Assembly (NCBI GenBank): GCA_016719925.1
Contig: JADJYC010000004.1
Span: 56,697 to 120,696 of the forward strand
Direction: 5' to 3'
Origin: Crocinitomicaceae bacterium
GTDB taxonomy: Bacteria; Bacteroidota; Bacteroidia; Flavobacteriales_D; Crocinitomicaceae
Length of the DNA: 64,000 bases
The position numbers were made by a program, and so were the translations under genes. Within the stretch, counting starts at the first letter, position 1; each line of letters opens with the position of its first letter. Below are positions 9,976-18,934 of this stretch, in pieces. Below the pieces are notes generated by a model, which did no database searches, was not told the DNA's origin, and saw only the letters and a program-made list of their open reading frames with translations.

Positions 9976-10190
9976 TTTTTTTGATTTATTTCACGCAAAG
10001 ACGCCAAGTTCGCAAAGCATTTTAGACATTCAACGTTTATAGTTAATGAGTTGATAAGTTCAAAAAAATTGACTCCAGACTAAAGACTCCAGACTAAAAC
10101 ACTCAAATACAAATGACGTATAACTTCAGCAGAAAATTGACTCAAGATTTTTTTCGAATTCTTAATTCAAAATAACTGAGCCTGTCGAAG

Positions 10191-11939
10191 TCACCACTTC
10201 ACAAAATTCACATTTTCCACGTTTGAATTATTCAGTGAACAGATGCGGTAATTTCCTGATGGTAATCTGGACACATCTATTTTGCCTGCATTATGAACCG
10301 TTCCGGTGATAACAATTTCACCAACTGCATTCAGAATTTTATAATCAAATAATCCGTTGTATGTAATGTTAAGATAAATCTGATCAATGCTCATTTCCGC
10401 TTTTAAACCGCCGCTTTGTGTAATTCCGGTATTGGAACCAACAGTAAAACTTTGTTTTGAACTGCATCCGATTGCATCCACAATTAAAACCTCATACGTA
10501 CCGGATGTAATATTATTCAGATCTTCTGTTCTTCCCATTTCCATTCCGTCTTTGGTCCAGTAATAACTGTATGGATAAGTTCCGCCGGCGGGTGTCAGAT
10601 TAATAGAACCAGATTGATTGTATGTTGATTCCTTTACATCTGCAGTTGCAGAAACTTTATTTACCACAACAAAAACAGATGCTTCATTGGAACATTGATT
10701 CTGTGAACCGGCATCATATGAACGCACGGTATAACTATTTACACCAACCGGAGGTGAAAACGGAACACCGTTCAGAACTCCTTTATCCCATGTATAATTT
10801 TCTGCACCTTGTCCATAAAGAATGGTTGATTCTCCTTCACAGATAATTCCGTTTGTTGTAGTTGCTTTCAAATTTCTGGACAAAACATTCAGTTCAACAC
10901 TGTATGTACATTCCCTGTTATCAGAACTTGTTACAGTGTAAGTTGTTCTTCCAACAGGCGGCGTAAAAGGAATGTTATTAGTCACACCATGATCCCAGCT
11001 CAGCGTTGAACGATAATTGGAAACAGCACTGAGTGTAAAAGTTTCTCCCTCACACAATGTTGTATTTCCGCTCAGTTTAACAATTGGATTTGTGCAGATA
11101 ATATCCGGAGAAAAATTTCCGCCGCCGGTTCTGATAATTACTTTTCCGTTTCCGTCATTTACTCCCTGTTCATGTTTTACCTGCGATGCTTTTTTAAAGG
11201 CAAAACTGCTTCCGCCTCCACCACCTGACCAGCAACCACCGCCGCCTCCGTAATATCCGCCACCACCACCGGTTCCGCATGTTCCGGCAGGGCCGCTTCC
11301 GCCAACACCTAATGTTCCGTCACCTGCTTTTTCATACCCTGACCATTTTCCTCCTACTCCTCCATTTTCCTGTGTTGCTCCTCTTCCTCTTGATTCATCA
11401 GCCTGAAGATGATTTGAAAATCCGTCTTGTCCAACAACATCACCACCATGTCCGCCATCATCACCACCGTCAGCATAATTATACGCTGCTCCGCCACCGC
11501 CACCGGCTACAAGAATTCTTCTTTCAAGTTCAACTCCGTCAATCCGGATATCCGTTGCTCCACCGCCTCCTCCACCGCTGTAAATGCCAGATGTATTTCC
11601 CTGATCCGCCTCCGTTAAAACCAGATGTTCCGCCAACACCGCTCGAACCATCACCTCCTTTTCCGCCAACAAAAATATAGAGTGTCTGACCCGGGTGAAC
11701 AGGAATTGTTGCCTGCACTCTTCCGCCTTTTCCTGGTGTGTACTCTTCATACTTTACACCGCTGTAATCATTCCAACCGCCACTGGCACCATATAAATCA
11801 ACCTGCAAAGAATACACACCATTAGGAACAACATAACGCTGATAATCTCCGGTGTATTCAAAGGTTTTGTTTTGGGCAAAAACCGGAATTAAAAGTGAAT
11901 AAAGATTCAGAATCAAAGTCAAAGAAAGATTTTTTTCAT
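10191..11939 (-). CDS. Glycine-rich secreted protein with tandem Ig-like modules and a T9SS C-terminal sorting domain, broken by two frameshifts
   Basis: N-terminal piece (ORF 11539..12066) contains signal-peptide-like LTLILNLYSLLIPVFAQ then ...FVGGKGGDGSSGVGGTSGFNGGGSG. The long ORF continues GGGGGGATDIRIDG...GGGGYYGGGGG, then three ~80-aa Cys-containing modules and a T9SS CTD-like end. A T7 run at 11930-11936 (A7 on the coding strand) and a TTT at ~11597 break the frame. Confidence 0.55.
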
Positions 11940-12086
11940 AGTACAGTAAATCATTACTACAGCTATATACAATCAGAAATGATTCAGGTTCATTTTTTTT
12001 ATTCCAATCTAACTTTGAAAAATTTTTGAGTTTTGTATAATCGGTCAGGGCTGACAAACTTGACATTTTATTTGGAAATATACTAT

Positions 12087-12122
12087 TTTGTACATATATT
12101 TGTACATAATAACGTACATATT
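12087..12122 (+). promoter_or_regulatory. Putative autoregulatory operator and promoter of the yefM-yoeB pair (three TGTACA half-sites)
   Basis: TTGTACATATATTTGTACATAATAACGTACATA lies immediately upstream of the antitoxin start. Short TGTACA palindromes are typical Phd/YefM operators. Confidence 0.4.
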
Positions 12123-12129
12123 TAGAGAT

Positions 12130-12363
12130 ATGATGACAACTTCCATTTCTGATTTCAGAAAAGACATTAAAAAGTATCTGGATAAGGTTTCAGAAAATTA
12201 CGAGACATTAATCATCAACAGAGGAAAGGATACCGGTGTTGTTATTATGTCTCTTGAGGAATATAATTCTATGTCCGCAACACAGCACGAATTGTCTTCA
12301 AAAAGAATGAAGAACGACTTGACTCTGCAATTTCCAAACTCAAAAAAGGGAAAAACTGAATAA
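12130..12363 (+). CDS. yefM: Type II antitoxin, Phd/YefM family
   Basis: MMTTSISDFRKDIKKYLDKVSENYETLIINRGKDTGVVIMSLEEYNSM is the canonical YefM fold sequence. The more likely start is the ATG at 12130 rather than the ORF-track start at 12088. Confidence 0.75.
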   Translation: MMTTSISDFRKDIKKYLDKVSENYETLIINRGKDTGVVIMSLEEYNSMSATQHELSSKRMKNDLTLQFPNSKKGKTE

Positions 12364-12378
12364 AAAACTTATCAGTTA

Positions 12379-12636
12379 ATGAAATACATTTTTGTTGATG
12401 AGTCTTGGGAAGATTATCTCTACTGGCAAAAGACGGATAAACAAATTCTAAAAAAAATAAATGAACTTCTCAAGGATGTTTCCCGCACACCTTTTGCCGG
12501 AATTGGAAAACCTGAACCATTAAAACACAAGTACAAAGGGTTCTGGTCAAGACGGATTGATTCAGAACATCGTCTGATCTATGCTTACCGTGAAGGTGAA
12601 ATTCTGATTGCAAAATGCAGGTTTCATTATGACTGA
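12379..12636 (+). CDS. yoeB: Type II toxin YoeB (Txe/YoeB family mRNA interferase)
   Basis: MKYIFVDESWEDYLYWQKTDKQILKKINELLKDVSRTPFAGIGKPEPLKHKYKGFWSRRIDSEHRLIY...HYD. It is 85 aa and starts 16 nt after yefM. Confidence 0.8.
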   Translation: MKYIFVDESWEDYLYWQKTDKQILKKINELLKDVSRTPFAGIGKPEPLKHKYKGFWSRRIDSEHRLIYAYREGEILIAKCRFHYD

Positions 12637-13419
12637 CTACTCAATCACAACCGTCATGGTATCCGTTGAAAACGCACCAAAATATCCGATTGCGTTTCCT
12701 TCCAGGTTACTGGTTGGATTTGCCGGAGCGGTGGAATTACTTTCATTGCTTGATAACGTGTACAGGTAAGTATAGTTTGCTTTATCAAGTGTAATGAGCT
12801 CTATAAAAACAGTATCCCCTTTATAAGCATCTGCACCAAAAAATGGTGCGTTGTATGATTGTCCGTTTATAAAATCATCATTGCCGATATAATAATAATC
12901 TGTTTGTTCTTCACTGTTAATCCAGATTCTCAATCTGTAATGATTAACTTCATTGACATTGTCTACTGAAAAATATTCTACCATGTGAGCAGTATCTTCA
13001 TTCACTGCAAATGGCGATGCATAATAAATAATTGAATCAATTTCAGGTTTTGCAAAAGAATGACACTGTGAAGTAATGATCTCTCCGCCAATATTTATAT
13101 ACAGGGAATAATCATTTTGTGGTAATACCTCAAAAGAAGGGTTTGTGTAGAATCCCGGAACATAAGGATCTTCCGGAAAAATATATTCATTTCCGTCCTT
13201 ATCAGTTACTCTTACATCTGCTCCTGAAATTTTATCGAAAGACTGATCAGTATAAACCGCTGATGTATAAGAAAGTTTAATCGAATTATTTCCCGGCCCA
13301 TCTTTCAAAACAGCTTCTACCACAATTCTTGATTCGGCTTCATTCAAATCCAGATCAATTACTTTTTCACAGGAAGTAAAAACCAGAACTGAAAATATGA
13401 AAACCCAAAAATTTTTCAA
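12637..13419 (-). CDS. DUF4249 family lipoprotein, paralog 2
   Basis: MKNFWVFIFSVLVFTSCEKVIDLDLNEAESRIVVEAVLKD... is the typical DUF4249 N-terminus found downstream of TonB-dependent receptor genes. It is a paralog of 13421..14227. Confidence 0.65.
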   Translation of the reverse strand: MKNFWVFIFSVLVFTSCEKVIDLDLNEAESRIVVEAVLKDGPGNNSIKLSYTSAVYTDQSFDKISGADVRVTDKDGNEYIFPEDPYVPGFYTNPSFEVLPQNDYSLYINIGGEIITSQCHSFAKPEIDSIIYYASPFAVNEDTAHMVEYFSVDNVNEVNHYRLRIWINSEEQTDYYYIGNDDFINGQSYNAPFFGADAYKGDTVFIELITLDKANYTYLYTLSSNESNSTAPANPTSNLEGNAIGYFGAFSTDTMTVVIE

Positions 13420-13420
13420 G

Positions 13421-14227
13421 CTATTGCGGCATTATAATTGTCATGGTATCTGTTGTGTACATTCCAAAATATCCGAGAGCACCGTTTTCCATATTAGAAA
13501 CCGGATTGGAAGGTGTTGGTGAAAAAGGATCACCACTGTCACTAGACGACAAAGTAGAGTAGTAAGTATAATTTGCTTTGTCAATAGAAAGCAATTCTAT
13601 AAAAACAGTATCCCCTTTTTCAACGGTAGTTGCAAAAAGGGGCTGCGTATAAACCTGACCGTTGAACAATTCATCATTGGTGACATAAAGATTTTCATCT
13701 GCAGCACCATTTACCCAGGCTCTCACCCGGTAATAATTTGTTGCAGTTTCATCATCTGTAAAATTGAAAAAAACCAGATACGTTGTGTCAGTTCCAAAAC
13801 CAAAAGAACCTAATTGTTCAATATAAGTAAGTGAATCAATCATGGGTTTATAAAAGGTCTGTGATGCAGATGTAAAAGTATCCGTTGCAGTATAAATTGT
13901 CAGGCTGTAATTTGTATTTGGTGCAGCTGCAAAAGTCGGGTGATTGTATTTTCCGGGCTCACCGGGTAATTCTCCCAGATAGGTATTTGTTCCGCTTCCA
14001 TCTGTGATAAAAACAGTTGCTCCGCTTATCTTTTCAAAATTACTCTCTTCATAAACAGAACCAGTTTTAGAAAGTATCACATAGTTTGATCCGGGCTCAT
14101 CTTTGAAAACAGCCTCAACTACTACTTTTCTGTCTGCGTCATTCAAAGGAATTTCGATGACCTTTTCACAAGAGTAAAATCCAAAACCAGACAATATAAT
14201 TCCCAAATTCAAAATTGCGTTTTTCAT
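13421..14227 (-). CDS. DUF4249 family lipoprotein, paralog 1
   Basis: MKNAILNLGIILSGFGFYSCEKVIEIPLNDADRKVVVEAVFKD... The architecture is conserved with the adjacent paralog. Confidence 0.65.
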   Translation of the reverse strand: MKNAILNLGIILSGFGFYSCEKVIEIPLNDADRKVVVEAVFKDEPGSNYVILSKTGSVYEESNFEKISGATVFITDGSGTNTYLGELPGEPGKYNHPTFAAAPNTNYSLTIYTATDTFTSASQTFYKPMIDSLTYIEQLGSFGFGTDTTYLVFFNFTDDETATNYYRVRAWVNGAADENLYVTNDELFNGQVYTQPLFATTVEKGDTVFIELLSIDKANYTYYSTLSSSDSGDPFSPTPSNPVSNMENGALGYFGMYTTDTMTIIMPQ

Positions 14228-14231
14228 TTTC

Positions 14232-16604
14232 TTAGAATTTAAAGTTGTATGTAATGGAAGGAATTATTTTGAAAAGCGCTAGTTGTACCGCTTCAGTTTC
14301 ACCGGTCTCTGCATTTTCTTTGAATGAAATGGAATAGGCGTTTTCTCTTGCATAAGCATTGTAAACAGAAAGATTCCAGCTGCTTTCCCATTTTCTTGGA
14401 ACTTGTTTTTCAGTTCCCGTTTCAGCATCTTTTACTGTTTTATAATCTTTATACGTATAGGTAATTCCCAAATCAAGTCTATGATAATCAGGCATGCGGT
14501 AACCGTTTCTTTCTGTATAATAATTTACAATTTGACCGTCAACTTCATATTTACCGCTTGGAAATGTTACCGCATTCCCTGTGTAATAAACCCAAGTTGC
14601 AGAAACGACAATTTGTTTATTGATTTCATACATACCTACTACTGAAATATCATGCGTTCTGTCTTGTCTTGCAGGATACCAGGTGCTGTCATTGATTCCG
14701 TCAAATAATCTTTCTGTCTTTGATAAAGTATAGGCAACCCAACCGGTAAATGCCCCGCGTTTTTTTCTCAGTAAAAATTCCATTCCGTATGCGCGTCCGT
14801 CTCCGTACAACAACTCTCCTTCAACAGTAGGGTTCAGTGTTACCTCAGCACCATCTCTGTAGTCGATTACATTCTGCATATCTTTATAATACAACTCGAT
14901 TGATCCTTCCAGTTTATTGTCAAAGAAATTCTGGAAGTAACCAATAGCATACTGATCAGCAATTTCAGGTTTAATATTATTACTTGATGGTAACCAGATA
15001 TCTGTTGGTGAAGTTGCTGTTGTGTTTGAAATAAGATGCACAAACTGATACGTTCTTCCGTAATTGGCTTTAATTGAACTTTGTTCATTCAATATAAATG
15101 TTATTCCCATTCTTGGTGACAAACCGTTGTAACTTGTTACCGGTTCCCAGTCTCCGAATGTCGCTGTATCAATTACATCACCGGCATTATTGTAAGTATA
15201 AAAATCACCCGGACCCAATTGGGTAAAATTGTCAAAACGCAAACCATAATTTAAAACTATTCTCTTTTTGATTTTCTGTTCATTCTGAATGTAAACAGAT
15301 GATTCAATGCTGTATCTTTTCTGAATATCATTCAATTCAAAATTGATACCTGAACCTGTCTCAATTTCACCTGGTTTAAATGTGTGATGAATAAAATTAC
15401 CGCCAAATTTCAATGTGTTATTGGAGTTGATATACCAGTCAAAATCTTCTTTTACGTTGATGTCCTGTATTTCAGAACCAATTTCAAAGGTCTGATTTCC
15501 GCCGCCAAATTTTATTTTGTAATTGTAGTTGCTGAATACAACGGATGTATTACCAAACAACTTATCTGAATAAATGTGATTCCATCTCAGTGTTCCTGTT
15601 GCGTTTCCCCAGTCAAATCCAAACTGATCACTGAAACCAAAATTGTCTCTTCCAAAATATCCTGAAAGAAACAAACGGTCTTTTTCACCTAATCTGTAAT
15701 TCGCTTTTGCATTCAAATCATAGAAATAAAGGATAGATTTATTCAATGCTTCATTGTCTGATAATTTCAGAAAAATATCTGCATACGTTCTTCTGCCGGA
15801 TACAATGAATGAACCTTTATCTTTTACAATTGGTCCTTCAAGAGTTAAACGTGAAGAAATCAATCCAATACCTCCGCTTGCAGAAAATTCTTTCATATTT
15901 CCTTCTTTCATTTTGATGTCCATCACTGATGAGAGTCTTCCGCCAAATTCTGCCGGAGCACCGCCTTTATACAATTTGACATCTTTTAAAGCATCTGAAT
16001 TAAACACACTGAAAAAACCAAGCAGGTGAGAAGCGTTGTAAACCGGCGCACCATCCAGCAAAATCAAATTCTGATCTGAACCACCTCCTCTTACATAAAA
16101 TCCTGAATTACCTTCACCTGCTGATTTTACACCGGGTAATAACTGCATGGTTTTGAAAATGTCTTTTTCTCCAAAAATCACCGGAATGTTTTCAATATCT
16201 TTCATGGTGATTTTTTCTACACTCATTTCACCGGAGGTTACATTTTCATTTTCTTTTTCTGTAGTGATTTCAATTGCATCAAATGTTTTTGCCTCTGGCA
16301 GCATTTCCAGGTTTTTTGTAATGTTTGCATTTAATTCTATTTTCTCTTCAAAAGTTTGAAATCCGAGTGATTTATATTGCAAAGTATAAGTGCCTTTTGG
16401 CAAAGTGAGTGAATAAAAACCAAACGTATTGGAAATAGCACCGGTACCCGGCAATTCCAGAACGGCAATACGCGCACCAATAATATCTTCACCTGTTGCA
16501 CCATCTTTTAATGTACCGCTGATGGTAAATTTTTCCTGAGCAGAAATGAAGAATGGACTAAGAAGGAAAAAAGATAAACTGAGTAATAATTTGTAGCTTT
16601 TCAT
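14232..16604 (-). CDS. TonB-dependent receptor with N-terminal carboxypeptidase-regulatory-like domain
   Basis: Signal peptide, CarbopepD_reg-like segment FTISGTLKDGATGEDIIGARIAVLELPG, plug and barrel motifs, and a C-terminal ...SITYNFKF ending in an aromatic residue. 790 aa. Confidence 0.85.
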   Translation of the reverse strand: MKSYKLLLSLSFFLLSPFFISAQEKFTISGTLKDGATGEDIIGARIAVLELPGTGAISNTFGFYSLTLPKGTYTLQYKSLGFQTFEEKIELNANITKNLEMLPEAKTFDAIEITTEKENENVTSGEMSVEKITMKDIENIPVIFGEKDIFKTMQLLPGVKSAGEGNSGFYVRGGGSDQNLILLDGAPVYNASHLLGFFSVFNSDALKDVKLYKGGAPAEFGGRLSSVMDIKMKEGNMKEFSASGGIGLISSRLTLEGPIVKDKGSFIVSGRRTYADIFLKLSDNEALNKSILYFYDLNAKANYRLGEKDRLFLSGYFGRDNFGFSDQFGFDWGNATGTLRWNHIYSDKLFGNTSVVFSNYNYKIKFGGGNQTFEIGSEIQDINVKEDFDWYINSNNTLKFGGNFIHHTFKPGEIETGSGINFELNDIQKRYSIESSVYIQNEQKIKKRIVLNYGLRFDNFTQLGPGDFYTYNNAGDVIDTATFGDWEPVTSYNGLSPRMGITFILNEQSSIKANYGRTYQFVHLISNTTATSPTDIWLPSSNNIKPEIADQYAIGYFQNFFDNKLEGSIELYYKDMQNVIDYRDGAEVTLNPTVEGELLYGDGRAYGMEFLLRKKRGAFTGWVAYTLSKTERLFDGINDSTWYPARQDRTHDISVVGMYEINKQIVVSATWVYYTGNAVTFPSGKYEVDGQIVNYYTERNGYRMPDYHRLDLGITYTYKDYKTVKDAETGTEKQVPRKWESSWNLSVYNAYARENAYSISFKENAETGETEAVQLALFKIIPSITYNFKF

Positions 16605-16838
16605 GTGTTGAATTCTTTCAATGTGACGTATTTGGGTTCAATTTGTTACTGCAAAATTGGTTATTTATTTCTGAGTGAGTGACCAATTTCTATCAAATCA
16701 CTCTTTTTCTCTATCAATCAGGTTAACAGAGCAGTCTTCAAAATGTTCATTTAAGCGGTCTGGCAGCTCGTAGGTAAAATCCGAGTTTTGATTGAATCAA
16801 ACGGTGAAAAACCGTTGACATACCTATCTTTACCGTCA

Positions 16839-17855
16839 ATGAAAGCTGCTATTAAATATTCTTTATTGGCCTGGTTACTATACATCGCTTTTTGGCTTTG
16901 GCTGGTTTCAGGCTATATCGATGTGGGGCCGGCAACCATTCGTGTCCTGGGAATAGTCATCGTTCAAATGATACTGTTCTACACTAACCTGCTCTATTTT
17001 ATACCGGCATTTCTGGATACCAAAAACAAAGTAAGCTATTTTCTGATCATTAGTGTGGTTCTGGCTGTAGCAGTTGTTGGCGGGGCATTTTTGGATATGT
17101 ATCTGAATCATTTATATCCTTTTAAGTTCGATAAATTTCATCCGCAGCCGTTAAGCGGATACTTTTTTGCACGCACAGTAATTTCAGTTATGCCTTTGAT
17201 TGTGAGTTCACTGATCAGCCGTTCCATGCAGGTAAGAAAACAGAAAGAAGAAAGTCTGGAATTAAAAAATAAAATGCTGGAAGCAGAAACCAAAGCGTTA
17301 AAAGCACAAATCAATCCGCACTTTTTATTTAATTCACTCAATAATATTTACGCACTTTCTCAAATTAAATCTGATAAAACATCAGACGCTATTCTGCATC
17401 TTTCTGAAATTTTGAGATATGTTACCTATGACAGTAACCAGAATTTTGTAGATCTGAAAGATGAAATAAAAACCATTGAAAGTTTTATTTTACTTCAGGC
17501 TTTGAAAGATGACAATCAGTCAAACATCCGTATTGAAATTGATTCAGCAAACGGACATTATAAAATTGCGCCGCTGCTTTTGATTCCTTTTATTGAAAAT
17601 GCTTTTAAGCACAGCAATCATGAAGACAAGGAAAAAGGATGGATTGAAATAAAACTTTTTGCATATGACGGAAAACTAAATCTGATTTGTTCAAACAGCA
17701 TTGGCCAAACAGATGTAAAAGATAATACGGGCGGTGTAGGAATGGAAAATGTAAGAAAAAGATTGTCTCTGCTTTATCCTGAAAGACATAAATTAAACAT
17801 CTTTACAGATAAGAGCACATTTAAAACTGAACTTGAAATTCTGCTGAACAAATGA
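16839..17855 (+). CDS. Sensor histidine kinase, LytS/YehU family
   Basis: Four or five N-terminal TM helices. The His_kinase motif LKAQINPHFLFNSLNNIYALSQIK and the ATPase region ...IPFIENAFKHS...GGVGMENVRKRL are present. The ORF track begins at 16788, but the likely start is an internal Met. Confidence 0.75.
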   Translation: MKAAIKYSLLAWLLYIAFWLWLVSGYIDVGPATIRVLGIVIVQMILFYTNLLYFIPAFLDTKNKVSYFLIISVVLAVAVVGGAFLDMYLNHLYPFKFDKFHPQPLSGYFFARTVISVMPLIVSSLISRSMQVRKQKEESLELKNKMLEAETKALKAQINPHFLFNSLNNIYALSQIKSDKTSDAILHLSEILRYVTYDSNQNFVDLKDEIKTIESFILLQALKDDNQSNIRIEIDSANGHYKIAPLLLIPFIENAFKHSNHEDKEKGWIEIKLFAYDGKLNLICSNSIGQTDVKDNTGGVGMENVRKRLSLLYPERHKLNIFTDKSTFKTELEILLNK

Positions 17856-18547
17856 TGAACTGTATTATAGTAGATGATGAACAACCGGCAAGAGTTTTGC
17901 TGGAATCTTATGTTTCAAAAATTACTGAAATTAAATTAGTTGCTGTTTGCAAAAACGCAGAAGAGGCCATTGAAGTGATCAATAAAAATTCCGTTGATTT
18001 GATTATTACAGATATTCAGATGCCGGGCAAATCAGGAACAGATTTTATCAAGTCACTGGAAAAAATTCCACTGGTCATATTTTCAACTGCTTACCGTGAT
18101 TATGCCATGGAAGGATTTGAACTGGATGCAGTGGATTATTTACTAAAACCTTATTCGTTTGAACGCTTTCAGAAAGCAATTACCAAAGCATTTTCTTATT
18201 TTGAACTGAAAGGAAAACAAGTTCCAAGTGCAGATCTGAAAACCACATACCTCACAATTAAAGCAGATCACAAACTGTATAAAGTACAGTATGCTGATAT
18301 CCGCTACATTGAAGGTATGCGTGAGTATGTCTCTTTCTACACTCCAACCGGAAGAATTACTGCTTTGATGTCATTAAAATTTCTGGAACAAAATCTGCCG
18401 CAGGAAATTTTTGTGCGCTGCCATAAATCATATATAGTTAATAAAAATGTGGTGGAAGCTTTAGACGGACATAATCTGATTGTTCAGGGAAAACAGATTC
18501 CTGTTGGGCAGTTGTACAAAGAAGACGTGCTGAAAAATATTTTCTGA
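17852..18547 (+). CDS. LytTR family DNA-binding response regulator
   Basis: REC domain MMNCIIVDDEQPARVLLE...DLIITDIQMPGKSGTDF plus a C-terminal LytTR domain (...IRYIEGMREYVSFYTPTGRI...FVRCHKSYIVN). It overlaps the kinase gene by 4 nt. Confidence 0.85.
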   Translation: MMNCIIVDDEQPARVLLESYVSKITEIKLVAVCKNAEEAIEVINKNSVDLIITDIQMPGKSGTDFIKSLEKIPLVIFSTAYRDYAMEGFELDAVDYLLKPYSFERFQKAITKAFSYFELKGKQVPSADLKTTYLTIKADHKLYKVQYADIRYIEGMREYVSFYTPTGRITALMSLKFLEQNLPQEIFVRCHKSYIVNKNVVEALDGHNLIVQGKQIPVGQLYKEDVLKNIF

Positions 18548-18934
18548 TCACTGATTATTCACCAGATCTCTGAATTTTTTCAATGCTCTGATATCAACCA
18601 GTAATTTACTGTAATACAATTTCCGGTCATAATCATCTGCCTTCACCATAATTGCACCGTGTTCAAAACGCAGATCTTTTAATCCGGAAATTTTTGCTCT
18701 CCGTCTTGGCATTCCAAATTGATTGTTTACCCAGATTTCATTTTCCGTCACCACAATGTACGGTAAAAAATACATCGGCACAGAAAAAACGAGAAGACCG
18801 AAAATCAAAAACCAGGATTCTCTGGAGGGCTTTAATCCCTGATTTTCTGAATATAGTGTAAGCGCAAGCAAAAGCAGCGCAAGCGCAACCGGTAATGAAA
18901 CAATTACTTTATTGTAGCCAATTTTTATTTTCAT
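18548..18934 (-). CDS. Hypothetical membrane protein (128 aa)
   Basis: Two TM helices and a basic C-terminus. It starts 1 nt after the end of the upstream peptidase gene. Confidence 0.35.
   Translation of the reverse strand: MKIKIGYNKVIVSLPVALALLLLALTLYSENQGLKPSRESWFLIFGLLVFSVPMYFLPYIVVTENEIWVNNQFGMPRRRAKISGLKDLRFEHGAIMVKADDYDRKLYYSKLLVDIRALKKFRDLVNNQ

Noticed and set aside
10075-10110. Short direct repeat GACTCCAGACTAAAGACTCCAGACTAAAAC
   Set aside because: Only two 14-bp units in an intergenic region with no further copies in the window, so it is probably incidental.
11279-11680. His/Pro/Leu-rich 133-aa ORF (plus others at 11017..11253 and 11427..11618)
   Set aside because: It is antisense to the glycine-rich gene. 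GGN codon runs read on the opposite strand give NCC/CCN low-complexity ORFs, so it is an artefact of sequence composition.
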